From Octopus vulgaris (Eukaryota), in NCBI GenBank assembly GCA_951406725.2, contig OX597832.1:44640001-44704000 (forward strand): 64,000 nucleotides of DNA. Reading direction: 5' to 3'. Positions 10,975 to 24,722 of this stretch are shown here, piece by piece; position 1 is the first letter of the stretch, and the number at the start of each line of letters is the position of its first letter. The notes under the pieces are model-generated. The model had not been told where the DNA came from. It saw nothing but the letters and a program-made list of their open reading frames with translations, and searched no databases. The position numbers were made by a program, and so were the translations under genes.

Positions 10975-12263
10975 TTAATTTAATTACGATGAGGTAGGGC
11001 ATGAAATATTTCCTGCTGCCAAAAGAGCGTTTTGCAACTATTGGTTATATCAACTGAGGTCACCCTGACCAGATAAAACAGAGCCTTCCAAAAAAAAATA
11101 ATTTTTCTACACAAAATATTGTAAATAATTTTTAAATATCACAATAAATAATATTTGGACTATCTCTCTTAAAAAGGAGTTTATATTAATTCATTTAAAA
11201 CTTAACCATTTCAGATGCCATTAAAATGCTAACGGGATACATATGTATTGTTTCAAAATAGGAACTAATGTGCCATTATGCATTGTTTCCTTGGCAACCA
11301 GCAGATACCGAAAAACAATCAATTACCAAAGAATATATATGATAAGGGATTCCTTTAATAACGCACTGGAACATGACATTAGTTCCATTTGAAAACAGCC
11401 AGCAGCAATTGAAGCGATATTTAAATTAAATAAAATAATAACAGGTTCTACAAAAACATTTTGAAATAATTTTTAATTTTCTACTAAATCAATATTAAAA
11501 TTTTATTTAAATTCTTTATTACTTAAAAATGATCTGCACTATGTATAATAAAAATTATACATGACTGAATTCATGTTGAGCTGAAAATACCTGACAATCA
11601 ATTAAGCCAATAAGGGAAAGAAGATAACAAAAAAAAAAAGAAAAAAAAGGTCTTCAAAATATGCTTTCATATTCTTGTGAAAATAGTGATTTCTTAAAAA
11701 GAGGAAGATGAACAAGTTTAATTATAAAATAGATATGAATACAGAAGACCCACTTTTATTTATATAGCTTTAGGAATAGTTTTCTAAAAATACATTATTA
11801 AAATATCACATTCGGTTCTTATGAACAGGTAAATGCTAAATAAGCCAGTTTCTGTGTAGTTCTAAACAAGTAGAAAGAAGGGAAATCTTTCACAAGGAAC
11901 TTCCTTCAAAACGGGCACTAGATATTTTGGTTCCTATCTTTTAGATAAGTTTACTCACTGTAAAGACATTACTGTGTGTACCCTGATCCAAATGTTAGGA
12001 ATGATGTAATGTAGATGCAGTGTTAGATAGGAAATTGTTACTCAAATGTAATGACAACATTTCCATAAACAAGAAACTCTACAAGAAAAATCTTATGAGA
12101 TATACATTTTATACGTGTCTTGCATGACTGTGTAGTTAAGATGTGGCACTCTGGGCAAATGACTCTCTACTATAGTCCGGGGTTGACCAATGCCTTGTGA
12201 GTGAATCTGGTAAAAATAAAACTATGTGGAAGCCCATCATGTGTGTGTGTGTATGTGTGCGCG

Positions 12264-12322
<59 letters not shown>

Positions 12323-12360
12323 TACATATATATGTTTACGAAGTCCAGACAAATATCTTC

Positions 12361-12440
12361 AGCTAGCAGGCCTCTGCTACTCTAGACCTATGATGGGCAA
12401 AGACCCTGAAACATGCGTGTCTCTAGATGCAGGCCTAGCT
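12361..12440 (+). ncRNA. Degenerate type I hammerhead-like fold within a long hairpin (PLE-like fragment ~12330-12590)
   Basis: UCUAGA-CCUAUGA-UGGG(CAAAGA)CCCU-GAA-ACAUGCGUGU-C-UCUAGA, with outer stem AGCUAG..AGGCCU / AGGCCUAGCU. Confidence 0.4.
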
Positions 12441-12782
12441 GTTGGGGGTATTTGTCTCCCCTTCGTAAATATATAAGGACACAGGAAATGTATCGAGGCG
12501 GATAGGAAGCGTCGATGCTTCCTAGGGCTAAACAGCGGTGGTGTAGTTCCCTCACTGTCACGTTAAGTTGACAGTATACAACCACTCTATATAATATATA
12601 TATATATATATATCAAAATAAGCAACAAGGATATCCAAAGTAGAGTAGTACAATCGTTTCATGATACTTCATTTTATTAAACACTGTAAGTATTACATCA
12701 GTTTTAAAATGTCGAGCAATCTTCAGCCACATATAGAATTTTTTAATTAAACGGACAATGCATCTGAATCTAAATTTTGCTG

Positions 12783-12826
<44 letters not shown>

Positions 12827-12929
12827 AGATAAGACTGGAGCCTGGTGCAGCCTTCTGGCTTCCCAGATCCCTGGTCGAACCGTCCAACCCATGCTAGCAT
12901 GGAGAACGAATGTTAAATTATGATGATGA

Positions 12930-13031
<102 letters not shown>

Positions 13032-13543
13032 TTATCTCTCAAAATATTTAGTCTATAGTAATACCCCAGGAAAAAAATCTCTTTTCTATGAGCCATTTCC
13101 TGATGGAAGTTCAAAAAGAAAAGAAACTTAAGAGGCCATTAACAACCACTCAACTGACCAATTGAAACCGGGAAATAGTTTCATATTTGTATGACATATT
13201 AGGTCAGTCGATGGCTAAAAGTAGTCAGTTGCAGGACTATCAAAATGCCAATGTCTTGCAGTGTTTAGTTACGTTCATTTATGTTCTGCGGTTGAAGTGT
13301 ACAATGGCCAACCTTGTCTTGTGCCAAGCCATGGTTAATGAAATAAATGACAGTCAAGCGTTGTAGCAAATTAAATCTTGGCAATACCTGTACTTAAACA
13401 TTTGTTGCCTGGTGCCCATGTTACATAAACTGATGTTGAAAGCAGAGTTAGTACAGAAACAATTGCAACTGATCATTAAAGATGGATTAAAGTATTTCTT
13501 TGTCTTGTTATTTGGATTATATATATATACATACACACATATA

Positions 13544-13760
13544 CAGGGTGAGATGGGTAAATTGTTGTCATTTTATATTTTTAATTTTGTGCATTGTGTG
13601 TCTTTTTGATTTTGTCAACTACACAGTATAGTAGGGTCAGTTGGGCACCGTCTGTGAGATAAACGGCACCATCACACAATTTACTCAGCCAGAAATTTAG
13701 AAATGACATGTTGTACTGCTTGGCATTTGCACTGGAAGCTCCAATAGGAACATTTCAGAG
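13544..13760 (+). mobile_element. Possible Tc1/mariner-superfamily left-end remnant
   Basis: TA|CAGGGTG terminus in a TA microsatellite; no intact ORF. Confidence 0.35.
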
Positions 13761-14085
13761 GACATCCAGCTGGAGAGGGTTGCAGGGGGAAATGCTGTAT
13801 GTGAGGGCAACCATGCTTTTACTTAGCTTGACGTGACTTTTCAAGCACAGCAAACCACCAGGAGCCTTGGTCCCCTGTTGTCCCTTCTATGAGTTCCAAC
13901 ATCAGTATATCCTTTCTCACCCACTACACTCACGGAGTGGTTGGCGTTAGGAAGGGCATCCAGCTGTAGAAACACTGCCAGATAAGACTGAAGCCTGGTG
14001 CAGTCTTCTGGCTTCCCAGATCCCCAGTTGAACCGTCCAACCCATGCTAGCGTGGAGAATAGACGTTAAACGATGATGATGATGA

Positions 14086-14129
<44 letters not shown>

Positions 14130-14219
14130 AATCCAAACATGAACAAGCAAGAAAAAGTCGTGAGGATGTGGAATAAGTACAGTGTTATTGGACACTCAGG
14201 AAAGGAAAGAAAAGAAAGG

Positions 14220-14254
14220 ATTTAACGTTTCAAGCGGAGCTCTTCATCAGAAAT
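14220..14254 (-). ncRNA. Candidate minimal hammerhead ribozyme with canonical core (PLE-like fragment ~14127-14315)
   Basis: AUUU-CUGAUGA-A-GAGC-UCC-GCUU-GAA-ACGU-U-AAAU. Confidence 0.6.
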
Positions 14255-15506
14255 ATAGAAAAAGTCCAAAGAAGGGAAAACGGAGAAAGAAAATCACCAA
14301 CGATACACACACGGTCATCATCATCATCGTTTAGTGTCAGCTTTCCATGCTAGCATGGGTTGGACGGTTCAACTGGGGTCTGGGAAGCCAGGAGGCTGCA
14401 CCAGGCTCCAGTCTGATCTGGCAATGTTTCTACAGCTGGATGCCCTTCCTAACGCCAACCACTCCATGAGTGTAGTGGGTGCTTTTTAGTTGCCAGACGA
14501 GGCTGGCAAACGGCCACGATTGGATGGTGCTTTTTACGTGCCACTGGCACGGGGGCCAGGCGACGCTGGCAACGGCCACGATCGGATGGTTCTCTTACAT
14601 ACCACCGGCACTGGTATCACAGCTGCAATTTCCATTGATGTTGATCGATTTTGATTTTATATATTTATATTGCTGAAGAGAGATGTTTAAGGGAACGGAC
14701 ATGCATATGCCTGTTTGATATATATGTGCGTGTGTTGTTTTCCTTATCCTGGCATTGTAGGAGAATTATAAAACAAACGAGTATCATCATCAGACAAGTG
14801 GTGACTCCTTTTTTTCCAATTTTTTTTGTAAAAACCTGTCCAGCCAAAGGCAAATATTTTCTTGCTTGGAAACAAGCGAGGGTTGGTGAGAGGAAAAGCA
14901 TACGACTGAATAAAATCTGCTGAATGAGTTCTGTCTGAGCCACAGAAGCATGGAAAAGTGGATGTTAAAATGACAAAGATGATGATGATGATGGTGTGTG
15001 TGTATGTGCGCACGCACGTGCATATGTTTCCGAAACAATCTAAAATCTCTCATCGTCATATATAATCTTCGTCTAATAATACAAATCCTGATTATATTGA
15101 TTTTTATTTTTTTCTTATGCCTTGCCTAGACTGGTTTACGATGAAATCCGACAGGGGATAAAACGTGCATTTGAGAGAGAAAGCAACAACATCTCCTCCT
15201 AGAAAAGTTAAAAAATAAAAATTATAAAATAAATTAATAAATAAAAAAACTTATAAATCAATGGAGCTATTGATTTATGAGTTTTCATATTGACGATTAT
15301 TTAATCTTAATACTTAAAAAGAAACTTTTCTTAACTCATTTGGCATCATTTGCTCTTGATCAGTATATATATATATATGCATATATATATATGCATATAT
15401 TTAGTTAATGGCAAGTAGTACTGAACATTACTCTTTTCTTATTGGTCAAAATGTAGACCACTTATGTGTTGCTCCTATTTTGATATATTCTATACTATTG
15501 AAGATT

Positions 15507-15541
15507 CATACATATACATACATACACACACATATATACAT

Positions 15542-15580
<39 letters not shown>

Positions 15581-15647
15581 TATACATACACACACACACA
15601 CACACATACACACACACACACACATATATACATACACACACACACAC

Positions 15648-15690
<43 letters not shown>

Positions 15691-15783
15691 TACACACACA
15701 CACACACACATACATACACACACACACACATATATATACATACACACACACACACAGACACATATATATATATATATACATAT
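15507..15783. repeat. Compound (CA)n/(TA)n microsatellite
   Basis: Directly visible; source of several spurious HT/VC ORFs. Confidence 0.95.
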
Positions 15784-17206
15784 GTATCTTTATTTATTTT
15801 TTTACATGTTTCAGTCATTAGACTGTGGCCATTCTGGAGCCACACCTCAATGAATTTTAGTTGAATGATCTGAACTCAGAACGTAACGGCAGACGAAATA
15901 CCTATTTCTTTACTACCCACAAGGGGCTAAACACAGAGGGGACAAACAAGGACAGACAAATTGATTAAGTCGATTACATCGACTCCAGTGCGTAACTGCT
16001 ACTTAATTTACCGACCCCGAAAGTATGAAAGGCAAAGTCGGCCTCGGCGGAATTTGAACTCAGAACGTAATGGCAGACGAAATATGGCTACGCATCAACA
16101 AATGATTTACAGTCCTAACCAACAGTGTGTTAAGAACTTTGAGCTGTAGCAAGTAAAATAACTTTATTCCGTTTTGACTTCCTCCATTTAATTTCCTCTT
16201 TCACCACATGTCTCATTCACGGATTTTATAAGAGCAATGAAATTTTAAAGGTGGATACTCTTCTGACTATCAAATCCCTAAGGGAAAGGAAAGACAAGTT
16301 TATTTTCAAAAAGTACCTCTTCTATAGAAATATTTGCTTGTCAGTGAAGTAACTGCTCTGATAGGACATGATTTCTCTTCACCAAATGATTGTCTCAGAC
16401 TCAAATTAACTCAACATGACAGATTAAGTATTTTATTATTACAAAATGGATGAAATTATATTGTTTCAATATTATTAGAACCACAGATAAAATTAATGAT
16501 TTTTAACAGTCTGGCTGGTGTATTTCAGCACTACCTTGTGATCTGTACCGAGCAGATTTGAAAGCCTTCCATATTAATAGCTTTTCTTTCACGAGTCTAA
16601 ATAACATGTGGAGAAAATCAATTGCTTCTTGATCTGTTATGATACAAGCTACAAGATGATCTTTTCACTTATAGAAACAACAGACTATCTTTAGAAACAT
16701 GACTGTCTTCATAAACGGATATTTACAGAAACACTAAGCATCTTCCTCAGCATGGATATGAAGCTGATTCCATGGAGAAAGAACATCAAAATCTTATAAA
16801 AGATATGAAACAGGAATTTGCTTGTTCATTTAATGCGCTTTTTTTCATGCTAGCAAGGGGCAGGTAAAGAATTATTTGAAGCCAGAATTTACTGATGGAT
16901 GTCAGTCTTGTCAACAAATCTCATCTGCTTCTCTTGTAAAGCGTTTTTATACAGCTCAGATCTTCAAAAGAGCAAAGTGACTGGTTAGAATGTCAACATC
17001 AACACTGCTTCATTTACAAGTGACAAGCAAAATAGGGGGCTAAAATCCTGTACGACAAACCTATTTGATAAATCCAATGAGTTTTATGTTTATTAAATAA
17101 TACTTAACTAAGTTTTTTTGTGCAACAAAATAACTATTACTCACTAGAAAAAACAATATTCATTAGTTTATTAAATATAATTGGGACAAAGCAATGATCA
17201 CTGGCT

Positions 17207-17613
17207 TACTCTTACTCTTTACTCTTTTACTTGTTTCAGTCATTTGACTGCGGCCATTCTGGAGCACCGCCTCTAATCGAGCAACTCGACCCCAGGACTT
17301 ATTCTTTGTAAGCCCAGTACTTATTCTATCGGTCTCTTTTGCCGAACCGCCAAGTTATGGGGACATAAACACACCAGCATCGGTTGTCAAGCAATGCTAA
17401 GGTGACATACAAACACACACGCACATATATATATATATATACATATATACGACGGGCTTCTTTCAGTTTCCGTCTACCAAATCCACTCACAAGGCTTTGG
17501 TCAGCCCGAGGCTATAGTAGAAGACACTTGCCCAAGGTGCCACGCAGTGGGACTGAACCCAGAACCATGTGGTTGGTAAGCAAGCTACTTACCACACAGC
17601 CACTCCTGCACCT
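17207..17613 (-). mobile_element. CORE-type SINE family A
   Basis: Full-length reverse copy. Confidence 0.9.
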
Positions 17614-18109
17614 ATATGTGAAGGAAGCGCCGGCTTGTACATGAGAAGGAAAAAAAGCCTTCGAAAAACAAAACTAAGAAACAATAGCCAGTGAATTTAT
17701 CCTTTCCTAAATTATGGAAATATGAATCCACCGCTGATAAAGAAGAAAAGGAGATGTTTCAAAGCTGCACCATGAGCTGCCAGCCTAAAAGGACATAAGC
17801 CCAAATAAGAATTAATATAGCCTGGTGCAGCCATCTGGTTTGCCAGCCCTCAGTCAAAATTGTCCAACCCATGCTAGCATGGAAAGCGGATGTTAAACGA
17901 TGATGATGATGATAGAGGACGCGTGAAAATTCAGCATATGCTACAAAGTGGTCGTAATAGAAAGAGCCTCCAGCTAAAGAAAGGATATTAAAAGATATTG
18001 TGCAGGGGGGCAATAATTCCTAATAAGAACTGACAGAGAATAAAGAAAATTCTTTAATCTGGTGCTAGAGACAATAAAATGCACATCAGTGCACACTGTA
18101 AGACACAGA

Positions 18110-18154
<45 letters not shown>

Positions 18155-19011
18155 GCCAGTTCCCATTGTTGCTGTGGATGTCAGATGAGAAGATGTGAGA
18201 TCCATCCAACTTACCTCAGCATGGAACAACACACAGAAAATGATGATAATATCTTATTTTCTTCACCTTTACCACTGTGACTGTTTTATATGAAGCTACT
18301 AATTTTATATTCATTAATATGGAATTGTGTTCAACCAACTTTAACACTTCCATGTGAAGATAGGAAACCTCTACTGTTTTGTGCTATTTGGGACATGTGT
18401 GTTTTACTACTGGTTGCCTTTTACAATTAGTATGAATAACTCTGTTATTAACAACCGATAAAGCAACAGACAAATGCTTCGTAGGATTTGGCTAAACCCC
18501 ATTACATATACTGAAAGATCAACCATTACTTCCTATCTTTCTGGGATCAATAAAATGTGTCCTGCTCAAGCACTGAGGTGGACATAATTAGCTATCTTCT
18601 TTAAGCAGTTGCAAATCAGATGTGCTTTACAATGTCATTCCAGGAACTTCTGACCTCCCAATAGCTTTGGGAGTCAATTCACATTGTATGTGGCTGCCAA
18701 TAACATCAATGTAGTTGAATGGTCTTCATTCTCTATTAGGAATTACAAGTCCCAACAACGTTACATCTGATATGGCCTGTTGTTTAGCACGATAGCTATG
18801 GCCAGCAAAACTTACTCTGCATTGGTCAACAATAGTTAAAAAAAAAAGCCTATGCCTTCTAAAAATTTAAAAGTTTTATGCCTGAAAGATAAACCTGTAT
18901 TTTTTTTTTTTTTTCATTTGAATTGAAGGAAGTAAACTGTAAAGTGTTTTGTCCAAGAACACAACAATATTAGAACACATTATACAAAGACCAAGTGTGT
19001 GCTATCTTTTC

Positions 19012-19320
19012 ATTGACCCTGAAAGGATGAAAGGCAAAGTCGACCTTGGCGGAATTTGAACTCAGAATGTAGCGGCAGACGAAATACTTATTTCTTTACT
19101 ACCCACAAGGGTCTAAACACAGAAGGGACAAACAAGGACAGACAAATGGATTAAGCCGATTATATCGACCTCAGTGCGTAACTGGTACACATTTAATCGA
19201 CCCTGAAAGGATGAAAGGCAAAGTCGACCTCGGTGGAATTTGAACTCAGAATGTAGCGGCAGACGAAATACCGCTAAGCATTTCGCCCAGCGTGCTAACG
19301 TTTCTACCAGCTCACCGCCT
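19012..19320 (-). mobile_element. SINE family B, ~1.5-mer
   Basis: tRNA-like head at 19320 and the same internal junction as 3268-4043; another partial multimer at 15870-16092. Confidence 0.8.
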
Positions 19321-20164
19321 TTTATTTCTAGTCTTTTATTTCCATTCATTCTTACAACATTATTGAACTAACATAATTGTCATTTGCATTTTCCCTTCAC
19401 AATAATGCCTCATAGTTTTAAATACAATGTATAGTTGCTTTTGACCAATATATATATCAATCATGCAAAATAATTTCTTTCGGCTGTGTACAAAGCAAAA
19501 CTTTGTAAAGAAGGTAGGTTGAACTGATCCACCAAAACCAGGATGGAAAGAAAGTGAACTCACACCTAATGAGATTTGAACTAAGAACATAGAAACAGAT
19601 ATATCTGTGAATAAATTAGTCTGGCAGAGACCTATTACAGCCAACCCACTGCTGTTGTAAATAACAAAGGGATATCGTAGATGGAATTCATATAACATCA
19701 TATTTTAAATGTATATAATAAACATCTTCATGGAGGATGCTAAGTGTTCTGATACCATCTGAACATGAACTACAAAATGTATTTTCTCTAAAATCAATCA
19801 ATATTAATTAAAAATATACGGATAAGTATTAAAACAGCCAGCCATTAACTAAAAAAAGAATCTTACGTCAATTATAGAGAAAAATAAAATAAAAGCTAAA
19901 TGAAACTAGTAGTGCTAAATGTGAATTTTCTAATATAAAGAAGCTAAAAAAATTATATTAACAGATTATAGCAAAGGAAAAAAAACACACGAAAATAAAG
20001 TTTTAATGATTTAAAATATCAATTTATCTTGTCTAAGAATGGCTGGAATAGAAAATTTCCATGGTAGCAACAAGTATTTAAACTATGATAAATGACATTT
20101 TAGATAAAGTATGTAAAAAATTCATGTGTTAAAGAGTTATGGTTGGATTAAAATGTTGACTTAC

Positions 20165-20218
20165 AGTTCTGTCCTCTAGGTACATCGTTTTGGATAGGAA
20201 ATCTATTCCAATTGTGGC
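20165..20218 (-). CDS. Rab6: Rab6 internal coding exon (effector region): [18 protein letters not shown]
   Basis: Minus strand ttttttccatttcag|GCCACAATT...GACAGAACT|gtaagt; 54 nt, phase 0/0; continues in frame from the 34341-34399 exon. Confidence 0.97.
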
Positions 20219-20467
20219 CTGAAATGGAAAAAATAGTTATGTAGAATATGTAAAAAAAGAATCTGTATATGTATATCTATATGGTTATAAGTAAAAAATA
20301 TAAATATACTTGTGTTTGGAAGTACAAACAAAAACAAAAAGGTATTCAGCACATGTAGTAAGTTAATTATTCAGTAAAAGCTGATAATTAAGCCCATCCC
20401 TATATAGAGTTCCTTGTAATTCTTGAATTACCATCATCACCACCAAACAAAAAAAAAAAAGTATATA

Positions 20468-20855
20468 AGGCGGAGGAGTGGCTGTGTGGTAAGTAGCTTG
20501 CTTACGAACCACATGGTTCCGGGTTCAGTCCCACTGCGTGGCACCTTAGGCAAGTGTCTTCTACAATAGCCTCGGGCCGACCAAGGCCTTGTGGGTGGAT
20601 TTGATAGACGGAAACTGAAAGAAGCCTGTCGTATATATGTATATATGTATGTCTGTGTTTGTCCCCCCAGCATCACTTGACAACTGATGCTGGTGTGTTT
20701 ACGTCCCCGTAACTTAGCGGTTCGGCAAAAAAGAGACCGATAGAATAAGTACTAGGCTTACAAAGAATAAGTCCTGGGGTCGATTTGATCGACTAAAGGC
20801 GGTGCTCCAGTATGGCCACAGTCGAATGACTGAAGCAAGTAAAAAAAAAAAAAAA
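20468..20855 (+). mobile_element. CORE-type SINE family A
   Basis: Full-length copy 250 bp from the 20165-20218 exon. Confidence 0.9.
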
Positions 20856-21439
20856 GGAATGATGTGGGTTGAGTGACAAGGAAATTGGTTCTAAGGAGAG
20901 GGATAACTGGTATCAGAAAAGAAAGGGATGGAATGTGTGCAGTTCTGCTCTCATATAATTACAACAGTTGAGGAAATAGAGTCTTAGCTCTTAGAAGGGT
21001 GAAAGAGGTATGGATGTAACGAAGATGAGTTGTGGGGAAGGCTTGACAGGTACAGAATGGGTGGCAGGATATAGATATGAATGAAATGCTTTTAGGACCT
21101 CATTGCTGGTGAAATGGAAGTGTCTTCAACACACAAACACACATATATAATGTACTGTTCTGTGATGGTAAGATCAACAAAATAAAGTACTCCATCTGGT
21201 GAGAGATATTATTTAATAAGCAGAATATATATATTTATGTGCTACTATTAGCTTCATGAGCTGAGAACATGCCAAATGGCATTTTATAACATGTCTTGTG
21301 TCTCAGCAAAATCATCAGACACTGCTGACATGGCATAACGGACTAAAAATGGGATGAGAGAAAAAGCAAGAAGGAAATATATATAAAAAGTGGAAGGTTG
21401 AAAGACTGGAAAACGAAAAAGAAATCAGAAAGAAGCAAA

Positions 21440-21636
21440 AGGGGAATAAGAGTTATTTCCCTCAGAATGTAAATTATAAGGCTGAAAAAATAGTGTCTTT
21501 GATCCTATGGTACAGTTATTCAATCTGGTAGGGGAAGTACTTCCCAATTCTTCAACAGGAATTTAGGTATATGCTTACAACTGCTGAACATTTCAGATCT
21601 AGAGTTTAGTAACGAGTTAAAGTTCTTAGATCTTAT
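21440..21636 (-). mobile_element. Penelope-like element ORF C-terminus plus downstream sequence, copy 1
   Basis: 21633-21520 translates RSKNFNSLLNSRSEMFSSCKHIPKFLLKNWEVLPLPD*, resembling the LLNxRSEx(3)CxH..KFLL end of PLE GIY-YIG ORFs. Confidence 0.7.
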
Positions 21637-22721
21637 ATATATATATACATACACATATCAATACGTTTGAAATTGATGATTTATGCCATACACAGTTTCT
21701 TGCTATACATGCTCCTTCTGGTGATATATTTGAGGCACTGTTTTAACGCCAACACTTTTAATCAAGTCATATTACATGCAGGCAGATGGTGTACTTATTC
21801 TAAAAACTTGGTTAGACTGTAATTAAATTTGAAAACAGATATAAATCCTAAATTCTTCTACAACCAACTATTATTTTGTTTGTGCATGAGTGTATACATG
21901 TACACATACACACACACACTCTTGCATTCAAATTTATCTTGAAATTATGGGGGATGTTTAAACATTTTTTTTTTAATACAACCCAAGTTGTAAGTCAATT
22001 TCTTTTAAAATTTCTAGATGCGTAATGTGTATTTACATAAGTGATTATATACCCGATATGAAATGTAAATATAGCTAAATGTGCACATAATTATTTCAGT
22101 GACTTGATGTTTTGTATATTTACTTTTTTTTTTTTTTTTCACTTTCTACATCATCCAAAGCTGAATTATAGTAGAATGATTTTAGAAATTAAGCAAAACA
22201 TAGGATTTAAAACAAATATTTATGTTGTAATTAAATTTTACTTTCCTGGTGCAATCCAGACGCAAACATAATAAAAACTGACTGCTAACTTAATATTTTC
22301 TAGATTATACTGTTTTATACACAATTACCAAGCTGGAATGAAAACGTTGGTTTTCACAAACTTATTTATCTGTAAGTAGTTAGACTAATTTGCTTTTACA
22401 GATGGAAGCTCTCTTACTTTTTGCTTTTCATTCAAGAGGCAAAGTAGGAGTGAAACCTGTTTGCTAGCCAAACAGACTGTGTCAAATAGAGTTAAAGTTT
22501 AAAACCATATTAGACCTCGATTTCGTTTGCCATTTTGTCATCCAGTATAATAGATGCATCTCTCTTTCAGTTCAATTTATTAAATCGGATCTGTAAAGAA
22601 TCTCAGACATTTCTAAGAATTGTTTTTGGGATACGAGTTATGGTTGACTGTCTATAGTATGTTTAAATTCTTCACTTTAGGTTATTTCAAAAATCAACTG
22701 CAAACAAAGATTAGTGTAATT

Positions 22722-22928
22722 ATTCTTTTATTTGTTTCAGTCATTAGACTGTGGCCATGCTGGAGTACCGCTTTTAGTCGAGTACATCGACCCCAGGGCT
22801 TATTCTTTGTAAGCCTAGTACTTATTCTATCGGTCTCTTTTGCCAAACCGTTAAGTGACGGGGACGTAAACACACCAGCATTGGTTGTCAAGCGATGTTG
22901 GGGAGGACAAACACGGACACACAAACAT

Positions 22929-22971
<43 letters not shown>

Positions 22972-23106
22972 ACTTCTTTCAGTTTCCATCTACCAAATCC
23001 ACTCGCAAAGATTTGGCTGGCCCTAGGCTATAGTAGAAGACACTTGCCCAAGGTGCCACACAGTGAGATTGAACCCGGAACTATGTGGTTAGTAAGCAAG
23101 CTACTT
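22722..23106 (-). mobile_element. CORE-type SINE family A
   Basis: Reverse copy lacking the first ~25 nt. Confidence 0.85.
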
Positions 23107-23658
23107 GGCTGATATACCTTCCAGCCTTCTTCAGGTGTGTTTGGGAAATTTTGAACTGGGGTTCTCATTCCTAACATATTTTTCGATGTTATTATTATTA
23201 TTATTAAGGTCATTGCCTGAAATCGAACTCAGAATCTTGGGGTTAGTAGGCCGTGCTCTTAACCATTTTTTTTAAAGACTATCTTATAAGTAAGTGTGGC
23301 ATGGCTGTTTGGTAAGAAGTTTGCTTCCTGACTACATGGTTTTGGGTCCAAATCTCTGAGTGAATTTGGTAGATGGAAGCTGAAAGAAGCCACTTTATAT
23401 ATATATAGAAATAAAATATAGAAAAAATTACATATAACACACAAACAGAGCCTAAAAGATTGCTTTAAGATACATGGCGTATTTTATAAATATGCCTGTT
23501 CAAGTATCACAGTAGCACAAAAGTATTAGTAGGTCTTTTGGTTGTATATCTAATTTGATATGTGTGTGTGTGTGCTGTACACATGCATATAAATGTATGC
23601 GAATGTGTATTACTGGTCTTCTTGCCTTGACTTCACATGATGATTATAATGTCATGCA

Positions 23659-23856
23659 AGGGGAATAAGAGTTATTTCCTCGAGACTGTAAATTATAAGG
23701 CTGAAAAGATAGTGTCTTTGATCCTATGGTACAGTTATTCAATCTGGTAGGGGAAGTACTTCCCAATTCTTCAACAGGAACTTAGGTGTATGCTTACAAC
23801 AGCTGAACATTTCAGATCTAGAGTTCAGTAGTGATTTAAAGTTCTTAGATCTTATA
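23659..23856 (-). mobile_element. Penelope-like element ORF C-terminus, copy 2
   Basis: RSKNFKSLLNSRSEMFSCCKHTPKFLLKNWEVLPLPD*; same boundaries as copy 1. Confidence 0.7.
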
Positions 23857-24517
23857 CATATATATTGTTTAGATAAATGTCACTTTAAATTGGAGTAAAT
23901 ATACTATTCATAAAAAACATATCTTGTCAAGGGGAAATATTACCTTACTTGGAAACAGGTGAAGGTTGGTGATAGGAAGGGCATTTGTACATAAAAAAAA
24001 AAAAAGTTCAGGTCAACAAACTCTGTCTTGCTCATTCACGTATAGAAAAATGGACATTAAAACACTGACAATGATTACAAGTATGAGCACGTGAAAAGCA
24101 ATTCAACACGCTTATGGATACATTATGCTTGGATTGGTACAGAAAAATTATAAATCAATGAAATGGATTAAAAATAAAAAAAACCCCACTGAAATGGAGT
24201 TGAGCTGGACATGTCTAGAAAATAAGAGACAATCAATGGTCAATGACCTAAAAAAGGCGACAGACAAGATTCTGGGTCATCACAAAAGAAACAGAAACTA
24301 GCAATGAAGTGACACTGTGGTAAGTTTGTTTTCCATTTGCAGGATTTTTGGTTTAGCCTCACTGCGTGGCACCTTGGTCAAGTGTCTTTTTGTATAGCTT
24401 TGAGCTGACCAAAGCCTTGTGAATAGATTTAGTTGATGGTAACTGAAAGAAACCTGTTGTGTGTGTGTGTGTGTTACTGTCTCTGTGCTTTGACATTGCA
24501 TGATGGTTGTAAACAAG

Positions 24518-24687
24518 TGTAGGAGTGGCTGTGTGGTAAGTGACTTGCTTACCAACAACATGGTTCCGGGTTCAGTCCCACTGTGTGGCACCTTGGACAA
24601 GTATCTTCTACTATAGCCTCGGGCCGACCAAAGCCTTGTGAGTGGATTTGGTAGACGGAAACTGAAAGAAGCCTGTCGTATATATGA

Positions 24688-24722
<35 letters not shown>

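Noticed and set aside
21440-21636. Duplicated intronic snoRNA/miRNA or mutually exclusive exons
   Set aside because: No convincing box motifs or Rab6 homology; better explained as Penelope ORF ends.
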